Source: Takakia lepidozioides
Lineage: Eukaryota > Plantae > Bryophyta
NCBI GenBank assembly: GCA_030704615.1
Contig: CM060734.1
Coordinates: forward strand, 61,442,001-61,506,000
DNA: 64,000 nt
Reading direction: 5' to 3'
Shown here: positions 43,001 through 56,200 of the stretch, piece after piece
Position numbering within the stretch: position 1 is the stretch's first letter
Layout: every line of letters starts with the position of its first letter
Notes under the pieces: model-generated
What the model was told of the DNA's origin: nothing
The model's input: only the letters and a program-made list of their open reading frames with translations
Databases searched by the model: none
Made by a program: the position numbers and the translations under genes

Positions 43001-44772
43001 ATCGCGATCAGCCAGTGTTAACTTTTGATAGAAGTCTTTGCGCTTTTTTGATGCCTTTATCACAACCTATGGAATGCACAGTGTTAAGATTAGTCTGAAT
43101 TCTTCAACGACAGTTTCATGTGGACGGGGTCAGAGGATAGAACATATACGTTCACACTGCACAGGTTTTTCAAACAGAAGAGGGAAAGATCATAAGGGGC
43201 AGCAAGGTAGGGATAAGGGAGAGGGGAATAGCAGACAAATAGAGAAACTGATATGACATTGAGGAAAGTAAATGGAAGCTACATAGACAGGCAAATGCCT
43301 TGTTGCGGATCAGTTTCAGTTTTTGTTCAAGCAGTGTACAAAATTTTCAGCAGGCTGGAGGATAATGGAGAAAGCTAAGGCCTCTACCGGGTCTCGACTG
43401 CTCTGAACCAGCTCATCATTGACCTCTGTCTCACTGCCCAGTGATGTCCAGATTCGAGGTCCTTTCCCTCGACCTTCGTCTTCGGCCTTTTTTTCTGCAG
43501 CAGCCTTTCCGACTCACCCCACACAACTTAAAATGAGGAAAGAAGCGAAGCACAAATCCATCACATCTGAGGGTGGGATGAACTGTTGTTCGATGAACTC
43601 ATCTGATTGAATTGGTCTAACAATATGTAGATATCTAAAGCATATATCAAATGGCATTGAAAAGTAACTTATTGCCCTGTTCATATTCATGCCCAACCCA
43701 GCTCCCCCCCACCCCTCTCCTTGTCAGTGTGTCCTTTCCAAGCCCAGCTGACTTTCAAGATCTCTGCTTACGCTATGGCTTCCCATCACAAGTGCAGACA
43801 GATGATGCACACCTTTTCAATGACCTCCCGTTGTTCAAGCGTGCAAACTATCTCAAAGTTGTGGTCATTCATGTAGCGGTCATCCTCAATGAAACGTAGC
43901 AGAAAATAGTCCTCTGTGTAATTCTGCAACCACCCCCCAAAGGTGGTGGTGGATACGCCGTGAGAAGAAAAGTTTCAATTCCATACCATCAAAATCAAGT
44001 ACTACAACGGGTCCACCAAATCTCCATGTCTGATCTAAGGTTAAGGTATGCTGAACGGAACAGAAGACACCCCAGACTTGGGGTAACCTCTAGTAAAGAC
44101 ACTGTAATGTTTAGAACACTTTGGCCTCCAACAACAACCGAAAAAGTTAACAAGTATTCAACTTCGAGTGATTCTCTTAGAGAGAAAATGACAGACCATC
44201 AAGGAGCCTTTAACAGGGAAGAAATCGGAGAGGACGCCCTTCAATTTGATATCCACTTTAACAGCTTTTGTGTCTATCTTAAAGTGGCTGTTATTTGTTG
44301 CCTTCTTTTTGTCTATCTCAAACTGCGTCGCTGTTGCATCACTAATGTAGAGCGACACGACTCCAACTGGGTGCTCCTCCGGAACTGCGCATAGAAGTTG
44401 CATTTGTACACTGTTTTAGACACGCAAAGTACACAAGACACTGACAAGCAGCAAGGACTATCAAACTTAGGGTTTTTGTGGTCAGTTCAGTCAATCGCAC
44501 TGTAACCATCTTATCTCATATCCCCATCTTCTGAAGACTGCTTGATCCAAGGCAAGTCTTCTACAATCCGGAGAGAAAAATGATAGAGAATCACCCTAAG
44601 CCGGAAAAAAAAGGCAGTGGAAGTTGTGAAGCAAATGAGTGGAAACCAGACCTCGGGGCGGGGGCGGCGTTGGCGGTTTCTCCTCCACTACCACTTTCTT
44701 TCCTGTTAAAATAGCAAGCATCTCCGGCGTGAGACCAGCGGGAGCTGCAGGTGCTTCTTCTGGCTCCGCCAT
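34043..44772 (-). CDS. DNAI3: Axonemal inner-arm dynein I1/f intermediate chain (WDR63 / IC140)
   Basis: ATG at 44772. Traced segments include HPVGVVSLYI..SDFFPVK, WTSLGSETEV, ALQQNEIMDVFEDEF, EYQSFMDL...MWSFQDPIHP|QMVLES...IAGGCYNGQV, RSPFFDNVLLSVG, CWSPTRPAVIYIG, LAVGDIQGILHIMEIP and a terminal exon 34213-34043 (WDDQAEIEYQQFE). Confidence 0.9.
34300..34518 (+). mobile_element. 3' fragment of (TC)n-tailed LINE (family A)
   Basis: Homologous to 57800-58051 (caaggtaagtc...cccctcacaaggg...gtcttatgagtacattctctct); (TC)n on both sides. Confidence 0.8.
39685..40083 (-). mobile_element. 5'-truncated RTEX-like LINE, (CATTT)n tail (family B)
   Basis: GSHNLQIETGRW...CPAC...ETEEHFFYCPLY C-terminal CCHC region followed by a 3' UTR and CATTT-type tail. 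Confidence 0.85.
42200..42725 (-). mobile_element. 5'-truncated, internally deleted RTEX-like LINE (family B)
   Basis: The post-RT motif LFDTVVSPATIYGCEFW lies directly before FRVGSHNLRIETGRW...CPAC...HFFFYC; tail (CATTT)4 near 42203-42224. Confidence 0.85.
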
Positions 44773-45177
44773 GGCCGAACCCTCAGCTTCCTGGTAACGA
44801 GCTGATGACAATTTACTTCACTCCCGAGCTACCGTCTTCTTGATAACACAGTGCTACCAACTGGAATTCCAGTTTCTTGTCATCTCCCGAAGTCGAAGGC
44901 CGCGATATCTCGTGCTGAACTCAAACATGCGATTAACCACGGAAAGGAAGTGAGAGCGGGACAGGAACTTAAGAGTTCCTAATTACTTTGGATCCAGGAA
45001 ACACGAATAGAAATGAGTGCAACACGCAACAAATCCTCAAAGATTTGAGGCGAGCGGAGGATGATGTGAAGTAGAAACCCTTGAGCAGTGCGGACGACGC
45101 CTCCACACGTGCGAGTAACCGTTTCACCCCCCTCGGATTTTACCGGTAATTCCGTTCATGATCTTCCCTTATTTGTT

Positions 45178-45231
45178 AACCTAATTAACCCAAACCTAAT
45201 TAACCTAAACCTAATTAATCTAAACCTAATT
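45178..45231. repeat. 15-bp tandem repeat (AACCTAATTAACCTA x3.6) in the DNAI3/methyltransferase divergent promoter
   Basis: Units start at 45178, 45193, 45208 and 45223. Confidence 0.9.
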
Positions 45232-45407
45232 TGGTGAGAGGGCTGCAGTCTCATAAACTGCCTCGTGTGATGTTGATCAGCAACGATCCTTCAACTTTTG
45301 CTATGCAACCCTCGCCTTCTGAATCAGTCAGCAGACAGCGAGCAGGCATTCACAAGCTGACTCGATTTGCAGGGTTCTGGATTCTCCGCACTCCTGCTAT
45401 GATATGC

Positions 45408-48400
45408 ATGGCTTCTTTTTCGAAATCGCAACAGCACTCTGGGGCCCGAGACTCAGTGGTTACAGCAGATGCTAAAGTAGCGTCAAGTCAAGTGCCCCAG
45501 TTGCCAGGAGTGTTTTTGGAATTTTTGAAACAGAATGAGCTTGACCCTGATATCTACGCGGTAGCGCATGCCTTGCCCCGTTATGTCAGGTATGGGTTGC
45601 CTAGGTTAACTTTCCAATCTCTGTAGTGGTGTGTGTGGGTTTGGCGTGGGGGGAGGGAGAAGGGGGAGACAATGAATGGATGGATGGATTAGTTTGTTTC
45701 TGCAGTAGAAGTATGATGGGGAGTGACGGTTGTCTCGAAGGATGCCCGGCCGCTTACACACTGAGGACTGAACAATTGTGCAAGGACTTAAGCTACTGGG
45801 GCAGATAGTGCAGTATGGTTTTCTCGCTGTCAGCAGTGTTACAGTATTTAGCAGTTAGAACTCGGGACCATTACCATGGGATATCAAACTATTTTCATGA
45901 TTTTTGTGCTAGCACCAATGTTTAGTGGTCTCTCTTTCTTTCACATCTACTTGTCTTGTTAGTGGTCCAGATTGAAACCACAAGCAAATCAAGAACTTTC
46001 CCAGATACAAGAGGAGCTGGGGGTAAAACTTTTGTCTGTGGCCTGGCTCCCAGGCTTCTTCAGCATGCCATCCGAGGCCCAGATTGCAAGTTCACAGGCA
46101 TATCAACAGGGGAAGGTGAGCTTAAGAGATCCCAGTTTTTCTGCACATGGCTGTGGCAGTTTGTGTAACTGTGATTTAACATATGGACTTTAAGAACTTC
46201 GTTAGTTCTGGCTGTCGTTGCACCTTGTTTCCATTCCAGAAGTGGCAGCCCCTGTTCTAAGGCTTGGTTTTCAATACCAAACAACATCTTTTTTAAATCA
46301 TTTCCTGCAATGTGTTTAGAGTCATCACTGTCCCGTTGGTGATAGAGCCACTGTTAGTGCTTCTGCTTAGAGTCACATGTTTGAGCTTGCAGGTTGTCTG
46401 CAGGATAATATGTGAAACTTGCACTGACCTGGTGAGCCTAGCACTGAATATAGATGCATCCAGTTCCATGGTCAAGATAGTATTTCAAGCTTCCCTGTAG
46501 ATGACATGGGTGAGTACATCTCGAGCACAGAAAAGAGATTCTGCCAGGTTAAAGTTTAGGGTTTACAGATATACATTTGTAAGCATTGTACACGAAGGTG
46601 AATTCATTGTTATATAGAAGTGCCCTTATGAATCAAGCCATTGCCTGTGTGTTTACTCCTCCAATGCATGGGATTCCTATTGCTGAGTATGAATGAGGTT
46701 CTTTCGGCCATCATTGACGGTATTGGCTGTATGCAGATCTATGGGATGGATGCAGCTTCAGGGGCAGCTGTAGCGGCATTGGAGGTCTCACCTAGTGACC
46801 ATGTGCTTGATCTTTGCGCTGCCCCTGGTAACTTCTTCCCTTGGACCTCTTACCTTCCTATGCTCCTGTCCCACCATCTCTTTCTCTCGCTCACCTGGGT
46901 ACGTACCTATACTACTACAGAGACTGTACTTTGCTAATATACGCAACCATTTACAGGTGCCAAGCTGTGTATGGTGGCGGAGCTCCTCGGGACTTTTGGA
47001 TCTCTGACTGCTGTAGATATTGCTCGGCCTCGCCTTGCTGCATGCCGCACCATGCTTCAGAAGTATGGACTTGGTAGTCGATGCCGCCTCTATTTGGCAG
47101 ATGGGACCACTTTTGCTTTGCTGCCATTGAGGTGTACTACCAAGGGTGCAGAGTCTACTGCTAGTGCCGGAGGGATCAGTGATAAAGAAAACACTCATGA
47201 TACGTGTGCTGCTCATGGTCTCCATCATGGTAGATGCAGCTAATTGGATTTATGAAATGGCTCATCGTCAAGGGTTACAGTATCGTCGTTTTTTGTGAAG
47301 TTTATAACGTGGTTATAGCTTTAGCCCTGATGAGAGGACTGGAAAAATAGGAAGTGAGTTGGGCTGTTTTGGAATACATTTCTGTGGCATGTGTATTATG
47401 TTGTAATGTACTCAATGTTTGACTTATGGCTGTTCATCTTGTGCAGACCATCTCTTGTCTAATTCAAGGTTTGAAGGTTTGAGGTACTATGGAGAGTGGA
47501 GATCAGGGAGAACACGGAAGGAGAAACGAGCAGCAAAAAGGGCCAAGTACTTTGGAACTACGGTGCAGAGTGGAAGTGCAGTAGTCCCTGAGCTATTTTA
47601 TTATGGCAAAGAGTCTGGTATTGTGGGTATGAAAGTGGCTGATCTGCATCAAAACATCTGCACGGATGCTGAGTCAGCTTTGCAAAATGGATATGATAAG
47701 GTGAGTGCTAAAGTTGTCAATGGATATGTCTGTGTGGTGGGGGAACAGTGAGGGTGCAACAAGGTACAAAAATATGATCGAGATTCAGCTATGTAGGATG
47801 AAGAGAAGTTCAAAGTATGTGTATATCTGCAACTGTTCAGGAACTGTTTGTTTGAAACTTTATGACGAGAGATGAATGGGAACTTCAAGATAGAACTTTT
47901 TTTTGAGAGAGCACCTTGGATGGTGTGTATGTGAAGTAGGTGCTGGTAGATGCAGAGTGTACACATGATGGATCATTGAAACACATCAGTAAATACGAGC
48001 AATGGGGTTGGGATACTTTTGAGAGACGCTTTCTGAATGCGGACCGCATCGCTTCCATCACCCTTCTGCAGGCAAGGTCCCTCTGCCGCTCTCTGTTCTA
48101 TACGTATGTTTACTATGCTGCTTCAATCTTTTAGGTTTGGGAATGCCTGCACAGATCTTGTCATTCACATGTATGTGAAGCTTCTGCAACCTGCCTGAGA
48201 CTTCTGTGTCATTGTCCCCTCTGTATCCCATGGCATTGTCTCTGAGGGGCGGCAGAGAGGTTTAGTGGGGTGGTCTATGTTGGTGATGTATCTCAATTGC
48301 CAGGCTTGAAAATACTCTGGCTACCAGACCCCTTTCTATTCCCGTCTAGTCTAGAGGTAAGCTGGAGGGCTATCCAATGTAGAGTTAGGCAGGCACACTT

Positions 48401-49389
48401 AGCTAGGTATGACTTGGAGGGGAGTATACTAAGGAGCACGTGCGTGACACAATGCATATCATATATATTTCTGCAGGGAGGGTTGGTAGTGCGTGAGCAG
48501 GAACATTGCTCACGTGAGCGCAATATCCATTGCAAAAAATTTCAAAACTCAAAACTCCTACAAGCATAAAATTGAATTGAAAAAGCGCTTTGCTTGATTA
48601 AATTAAACCAAACAACTAAAACTACCAAAACAAACATATATATTCCAAAAGCGAGTGTGGGTTTACCAAGAGAAGTATGTTGGATTTGCCCAAAATGACA
48701 AAATCCCTTCCACCTTTTCCTGTCTTGGGTTCTGAAATTGATGATGCCAACAGCTGGAGCTTTTGACGAACGGTTTCAGTTTGCTGAAGGCTGGAGGCAC
48801 ACTCATATATAGCACTTGCAGGTACATCCTCCGCCATGCTTAAACCAGCTAAATTTTTGCTTTGAAGGCCCCAATATTTGTGTCAGACACATATTTTTGT
48901 CAAACACTATTTGAGTAGTTTGCCATGACATTCAGTTGTACAGCACACAACAGAGTGCTTTGAATTGTAGGGCTGATTGCTCTGTCATGACTTCATGCAG
49001 CTTTACTAAATCCCAAAACGAGGGTGTGGTGAAGAGGTTCCTTGCCACTCATCCAAATGCAGGTCAGTATGTCCCTTATTTCTTCGTAGATCAAACAGGG
49101 ATCTGTTTTCCTCCCTGCATGAGCAAATGCTCTCTATGCCTTCTCTTGTCTGGATTGGATGTGATATTTTTGTTCTCTATTGTGGTGGGCAGAACTGAGG
49201 GAGGTGGAGATTGCAAAAGAATGGCCATGCAAACATGGGGGTCTCCCTCACACTCTGCGATTTGATCCTGTTGCATCCAACACAAGCGGTCTCTTCATTG
49301 CCAAAATTGTGAAACTCAGTGTGCAGTCCTGCCAGTCTAGTGCATCCCTTCAAGTTTCTCAGGATGGGGCCCCTGCTTTTACAAGCTGA
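45408..49389 (+). CDS. NOL1/NOP2/Sun (RsmB/NSUN) family SAM-dependent RNA methyltransferase
   Basis: 9 exons: LPGVFLEFLKQNELDPDIY..LPRYVR, IYGMDAASG, VLDLCAAPG|AK, YDK|VLVDAECTHDGS, LLKAGGTLIYSTCS|FTKSQNE, TSGLFIAKI; stop at 49387-49389. In-frame upstream ATGs at 45303 and 45399 are possible starts. Confidence 0.9.
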
Positions 49390-50017
49390 GGCGCAGTGCC
49401 ATATCTACAGGAGCATCCTACTTTGGATTGGCCTTCCTTCAGGGCTTTGTCCACTCATATCAAATGCGCAAGGTGGGTACTATTGAGTTTACTTGCGCAC
49501 ATTCCTTTCATAGTCTTCCCTGCAGCGTTTTTTAATATGGACGGTTTCCTTGCTTTTGTTGAGTTGTATAAAGAACCAGTCCTGCATTTTTGTCTGTTGG
49601 GTGCCAGTTCGGATTGGACACATAATACAACATGAAGCTGAGGAAGTTGTTTGATGATTGTCAGGTACTTGTAACTGAATCTTGGGCTCAAAAGAAGGAT
49701 GGGTTGTGGGAGTGGGTGTCATTTCTTACCACTCTAATTAGTCTTCCAGGCATGAGGCATGTCTTTGACATACTTGTGGTCCTGTTGGGCTGTGAGAACG
49801 TGTGTGATTCTTTCAAGCATGCAGCATCCCAGCACACTGCAACTGAACTTAACAGTTCCCATCAGTGGCAAAGCTCAAGCCCAGCTCCCATCAGACAACC
49901 TCAAGTTAGATCCTTGAAGAGGAATTTTTGGAGCTTACTTTTTAATGATGATGGGCGAGACATCTGTAGGCAAGTTGAAATCATTCAATCTGGAAGCACC
50001 CAGGCACCAACTTTACA

Positions 50018-50467
50018 CTGAGGGGTGGCATACGTTCAAGTCAGAGAAGTTCAGAGGATGTACGAGTTGTTTGTGGAGGTTGCTGTTGAGTTGAGGAAGT
50101 TCTGTGGTATTAGAGTTATCCGTAAAGGGTCCCAAACTCGGCATGAGAATCGTAAACTCGGCATGAGAACCCTGAGTTTGGCCAAAACTGGGCATGAGAC
50201 TCAAAACTCCGGACGTGAGGATACCACCAGAAAAAAACACGGGACCGAACTGCCAGGACATAGGGAAATGGTCGTGGCAGGAGTTTGGACCTGAGTTTTG
50301 TTCCTTGTCGAGGCAGAGGCAGTCACAGCTCACGAGCAGCCGTTGCCCTCATCCCGAGTTTTTGATTTGGTGCCCACTACATGCCCAGTTTTCTGAACTT
50401 TGCGGATTTACTCAACTCAGGATGAAATGAGAAACTCGGGTCCAAACTGGGTACCAAACTCAGGCTC
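50018..50467. mobile_element. Putative non-autonomous DNA transposon with AAACTCGG-type repeats
   Basis: 8-bp direct repeat ACTTTACA at 50010-50017 and 50468-50475; many AAACT(C/G)(G/A)G motifs; internal inverted match AAAACTGGGCATG/CATGCCCAGTTTT. No clean TIR. Confidence 0.45.
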
Positions 50468-53271
50468 ACTTTACAGATAACTCGATAGTGAGTCTCGGAA
50501 AGCGAACTGTGAATGTTGTGATAAATGGCTTCATCCATCTCCGACATAATGGACTGCTATTCTGCATCTAGCACTGCAGAATCACAAAAGACATCTACAA
50601 AATGTGCACCATTTTGGGGCCCCAGTGTCTTGGTGGGATTCCCTTATGTCTTTTTCATAACAAGTGATCATATGTGTTCGTTCCTTCAATTAAAAAATGT
50701 TTCCTGGCCCTTTGAGAGTGTTGGGTAAATTCACGGCCCCGGAAATTTATAGTCAGGTCTCAATTTGAACATGGAAGACATAGTATGTTCATGACAAGCA
50801 AAGATTGGGAAAGTAGAAGGTGTCAGTCAAGGTGGGAAGACTGGTTGCAAGAGACTTCAAAGTGTCTTGTACAGTCAAGGATTTTGACAAAAGCCCTGCG
50901 GATTGTCTCAAAATGAGAAGTTCGCTGAGAACGCACTCCTAGATTAGAAAAGAATCTGATCCGAAATATATTGCTAGTAAGCCTCTATAAGGATTGAAAA
51001 AACTTGAGTGTGGACAGAATCCAGAGACAAGCAAAACAGGCAAGAAGCATGATTTTTTTTAATTTTGTTTTTAAAGGAAAATGTGATTCAACAGTTAAGC
51101 TCCTAAACTGGGAAGGTGGAGCAATGATATTATAAATCGGCTTGGACTCTTTCCCAGAAATTCCAGGCTGCTGTGGATTTGTGAATAAAGCGGTACAAAA
51201 TTCTCGGAATTCCAAGGAGATTCAACAGCACTGCGATTTAGATCTAGACTTGCAGAGCCCACCAAAGGGAGGCCAAAGGAACCTAATAACATGTATACCC
51301 CTTACATTCCTTATGTAGTCTTTGGAGGCGGTGGTGGAGTCTTGTAGAAGGGGCCCACCGCCCTCCCATTGACCCTCCTACTTTCACGCTATCCTTAGGC
51401 GCACAGGTGCTTGCACTCTGTCCAGCCATTTCCCTCCTCTCCAAGCCTCTCGCGTCCCCACGTTATTTGTTCTTCCCACAGTGTCAGGTTGCCTAACCGT
51501 CCCAAACTGGGCAAATGAGTTGGGGTACATAGTGGACCTTTGTGCATTCTCCACGATGGTTTGGAGTCTGGAGTCCCATGGAGGAACCTGGATGGAGGTA
51601 ATCCACCAGCTGTAAGTGACAAGAATGGACTTGGATATGGCCGTCACACTTAAGTCGGGGCTGAGCCTCCCAAGCCCATAGCATTGTCAAGTTGTGCGGA
51701 GTTGTTCAAAAGAGTCATTGAATTTCTTTACGGCGTGATCCACCCGAACAACCGGCCGGATTCCGCTTGGAGTGAACCTTTATCCACTCTGAATCTCAAA
51801 GTATCTATAAGGAAAAACTTAGACTATAAGCGGAAATATCTATATAGAATCTCTATTGTAAGAAGATAATTGTTCAGCCTTCCAGAAATAGACATGTGGA
51901 TTGGATGAAGAGAGGACAAGTGTCACCAAGTCAGTTTGGCAGAGATGAACGTGGCTGTACATGGATGAATGTGTAATTGCCCCGAAGCTCCAAACGAAGC
52001 AACGCTGCGGCGCGATGGCGATGGCGAGGCGACAAAGGAGGTGATCTGCTCACGGGGCCCTCGTTCTGCCTCCTTCTGCCTTCCTTGGAGGAGATGGAGA
52101 GCAGATGGTGGTCGAGGCATGTATATAGTGTTCTGGGATAATTCCTTTCGAAGATTCTTTGTTTGCAGGGGCTTGACTTGGGGTGGTGTACTGTACTGCC
52201 TGAATCTGCAACTTTCTGCAGCTCCCTGATCTTGGCGTTGTGCGAGAGTATCTAGAGAACGCGCCGCAAGGCAGATAGATTTCGTGGATCAGATTGAGAG
52301 AGAAGATCTTTTCAGAATGTCGATCTAATTCTGAAGTCTACTTCAGCTGCTGATTTTTGTATTGCTTTGAATCTGGATAGATCAGATCAGATAGCTACAG
52401 TACCTTCCTCCTCGGGCGAACTTAATGTCCCCAAGTGAGTTATGAAGTTGGCATGAGAAAAAGAAAGAGCATCAAACCACTATATTCTTCAACTTCATGA
52501 TCGGCTTCCTATTCTGGATCAGGACTGTCAAACATAGTCCCTCTTAATTAGAGAGAGAGACTAGAGAGTCATCAGCAGATTTGAACCATGTTTCGTGAAC
52601 GTAGTTTCAACCTTTTTTTGTAGAGTACAGAAACTCTCGATCACTCAATACGTAAACCAGGCTGGAGTGTATTGTAGCATGAGCACATTGTCAAGAAGTT
52701 TCTAGATAGTCAATTGATCTGAAGTTCTGCGAGCTTTCAAAGATCTCGCTATCAAGAATTTGTCTCCAGTCGATAGGCCAGCTGAACTCCGGTTAAATCG
52801 TCAAAGAAACTCCTCTTCAACTCCTCTAGATAATTAACACAGATCATGTCACATCAATCCACTATCCAAGCTGATAGTACCTCAGTGTACAAGTGTAGAC
52901 CATTTAGATATCGATAATCATGCGCTGAACTAAGTACTAAATTACTGTAAACATTAAGCCAAGCCGGGAGCAAGCTGGTTGATCAAGTCTCAAGGACAAG
53001 ATTCACATCAGGGGATATATCAACTGAATGCACAGATGAGCTGAAAACAGAGACGAAATAAGCCTCAATTATGCGAGCTCCTCCTGAACGACTCTAGCTC
53101 GCACATGTAACTTCAATTGCATCAGCTGAGCGCCTGGAATCGAAATTCGTTAGTGCAGGACACTGAAATCCTTTTTCTTAGGTTGCGTGCAGGAGAGCAG
53201 GCACTACGAACTCTAAAACTAGATCTGCCCATAGCTGTTCTAGTCCAGCTGCTTTGTGTAATCCACCGAGG

Positions 53272-56200
53272 ATGGACGGAATCCCGCCATCCACCGCTGT
53301 CAGAGATCAGACGCACGGACATACAGTTAGAGAACTGCTTCGAATGGACGAGAAGATTGGACGATTCCTGTACTGGGCCAGCAAGGGGGATACAGCAGCA
53401 GTGAAACGGATGCTGGAAGAGGGCATGGATATTAATGCGAAAGATTACGATTTGCGCACAGCCCTTCATCTTGCCGCTAGCGAGGGCCATGCCAATGTAG
53501 TGGAGCTGCTGCTTAACAATAAAGCCGATCCCAATCCGACCGATCGTTGGGGAGATACAGTGAGCCCCTGATTCTTGAAGAAATTTGTGCCCTTGTGTGA
53601 CTGCTGCGAGGATAGAACCAGTCTTCTAGATTGGCGGCCTAGCCCGAGAGAGATTGACGCTGGTGCTGACCCCATGTTGAGCCCATGTTGGTCCTTTTTG
53701 TTCCTTTTTTGTCTCGATGATCCGCACGCGGTTTACGGTTGTGGGGTTTGCTTTGTGACTGCAGCCATTGGCAGATGCTCTGCGCTACAGCTATGCGGAT
53801 ATATGCACATTACTGGAGGGAAAAGGTGGCGTCATTACGGTACTCACACTTTCCCTCGTGCAACTCGCCTTTAAGTACAGCGTACATGTGCATCCTGAAT
53901 GTACCTGCTGTGGATACTCGTATCTTTCTTCTAGATGTAGATCTTAAGTGATCTGTGAAGCTTTTTGGGCCATAGGCAGTAAGTCCTCAGATCAATTGTC
54001 TCCCTCGAGGCCTGCATTGATTCTGACTACTTACACCCAGATATACAGTGGATACTTTCACTCTCTTCACATTTAGTATTACGTCATTATATGACACTGA
54101 AAAAGCTACTCTCGAAAGCAGATCTAAGTTAGGATTGACAGATCATGTGACGATTTCGTTGTACAAGATCTCTCTTGTACAGTGAAAGCCTATCAACTCG
54201 TTATTTTACTTTTCGGGACTTCTGGAATTGATAATCCTGCCCGGCATTCTCAGTTTGATATGTTTTGATTGACAGGGAGATGACGGGCCACTTGAATGTG
54301 AAATGGATCCTTCTGGGCTGGAAAGATTCATCAGTGAGGTAAGCTTGTTCGACCGTGCTGCTGGTGCCTGGGGGTAGTCCATTGGTGTACACACGCTAGA
54401 AGTTTAAGGTCAAGATTATAAGCTGCGAGCTGATCTACAAACTAGTGACAGTACTCTGTTCACAGCATGTACATGTATGTTGATTCTAGAAAGAAAAAAT
54501 TTCATGGTAGGCTCCATCGTTCAGGCTCAACTTATAAGAGATGATCTCCAGGGAGAAAGTGTAATGTGCACAGTTAGGGAGAAAGTGTAATCTGCACTAA
54601 CTGTGCACAACACTTGAGTTTCACGATTCTAGATAGGTCTCGATGTGTGGCAGATTGAATGTCAACGAAGCCAGGAGGAAGAAACCGCCCGATTGCACAA
54701 GTTTCTGGACCAGACAGCCCGTTTGTTGTACTGGGCCAGCAGGGGCGACGTAGCTGAGGTGGAGAAGATGGTGGAAGAGGGGGTCCTATTGGATATGGCT
54801 GATTACGATGGACGAACTGCTCTTCACCTTGCAGCAAGTGAGGGCCATGCCCCGCTTGTGGAGATGCTGCTGAGTAAAAAAGCTTTCATCAACCCCATCG
54901 ATCGCCGGGGTAGTACGGTCAGTACGTCGTCCATGCGTTCAGATTTGATCTGCAGAGCTTGGAGTGAACGAGCTTGTCTGGTTTCTTGATCTGCTCGTGC
55001 ATGAATGTATGTAAATATATGTAGATTGTGGAATCATTCTTTCACATCTGTTCAGTAGGCAGGACCTTTCAACTGCCTGGATCACCACTGGAGAAGAACA
55101 AAGAGAAAAACCTTCCCTAGAGCACTAGTTGTTACACTCTGTATGATGGCCAGAGTCTCTGCAGAGTCAAGTCATTGATGGATGCTGTTTTTGAAGATGT
55201 TCGAGCGAACTTGAGTGTTGTGTGTGTTTGCACGTACGGTGTAAGTGCATTGTTTGGTCTTGAAGGCATGCGTAAGCTGACGCCTCTTTAGATGATCGAA
55301 ACTTCAAGGAGCATATCTGACCGGTCGCATGCAACCTGAAAGATAGTCAGGAATCATGCTACAGGTCCGAAAGATAGTCAGATAGTATCATGGCTTTAAA
55401 TGTTAGGATACTTGTCTGTTGGTGCAGCCATTGGCTGATGCTCGGAGGTATCAGCATGCGGAGGTCATCAGAGTGCTCGAGGCTGAGGGCGGCTCGGTTG
55501 CGGTATGAACTTTATTCTCTGAAACTTGTTTTGAACGGGGCTCATGAGCTGGGTGACTCTTATTCTTTCTGCGTAATTTGGACTCAGACGTTCTCTCAAA
55601 GATGAACTTGATGCTACAGTCCCGTAGTCCCGTATAGTTTGCTTTCAGACTTCGATTCAAACCTGTTATCTTCAGCCCTGGCACTGGGGTCTTAAATAAG
55701 ACCTGTAGGTCAGGGGAAGGCCCACAGAGGTGTCTCCCAGGTTAACTCCCAGTCTTGTACAAATATACTCATGATTATCGCCCTGTGTCCTGCAAGGTTC
55801 TTGCGCATTCAATCGCATCCGTCCTGGACAAAGTGTTTTTTCCCCCGCAGGGTAAAGCATAGAACCAAAAACCCTCCGAGGAGGAAGAAAGCAACTAGGA
55901 GGCAGGCGTCCTGGAGTTAGCCAATTGACTAGTTAGCCCTGTCGTGGCTTAATTTAGAGTACCTTGACAGCAACTGGTCATTGAACAGTGTGAGGAGTGC
56001 CCGATGTGCTAGGCAGACTAAATTACCTTTAGGATGTACAATATGCATGTGAGGTACCATCTTCAGGACTTGTGTATATCGTGTAGCATATGGGGCTTGA
56101 GGTGGCATGGCTGTGTCACCAGGGAGACTTGAGATACGGTCCTCCAACGCCTGGTGGAACTTACCCACTTGCTTATTATGAGATTGACCCCAAGGAGCTG

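Noticed and set aside
51384-51690. Short minus-strand ORFs between the methyltransferase and kinase genes
   Set aside because: No recognisable homology or splice context.
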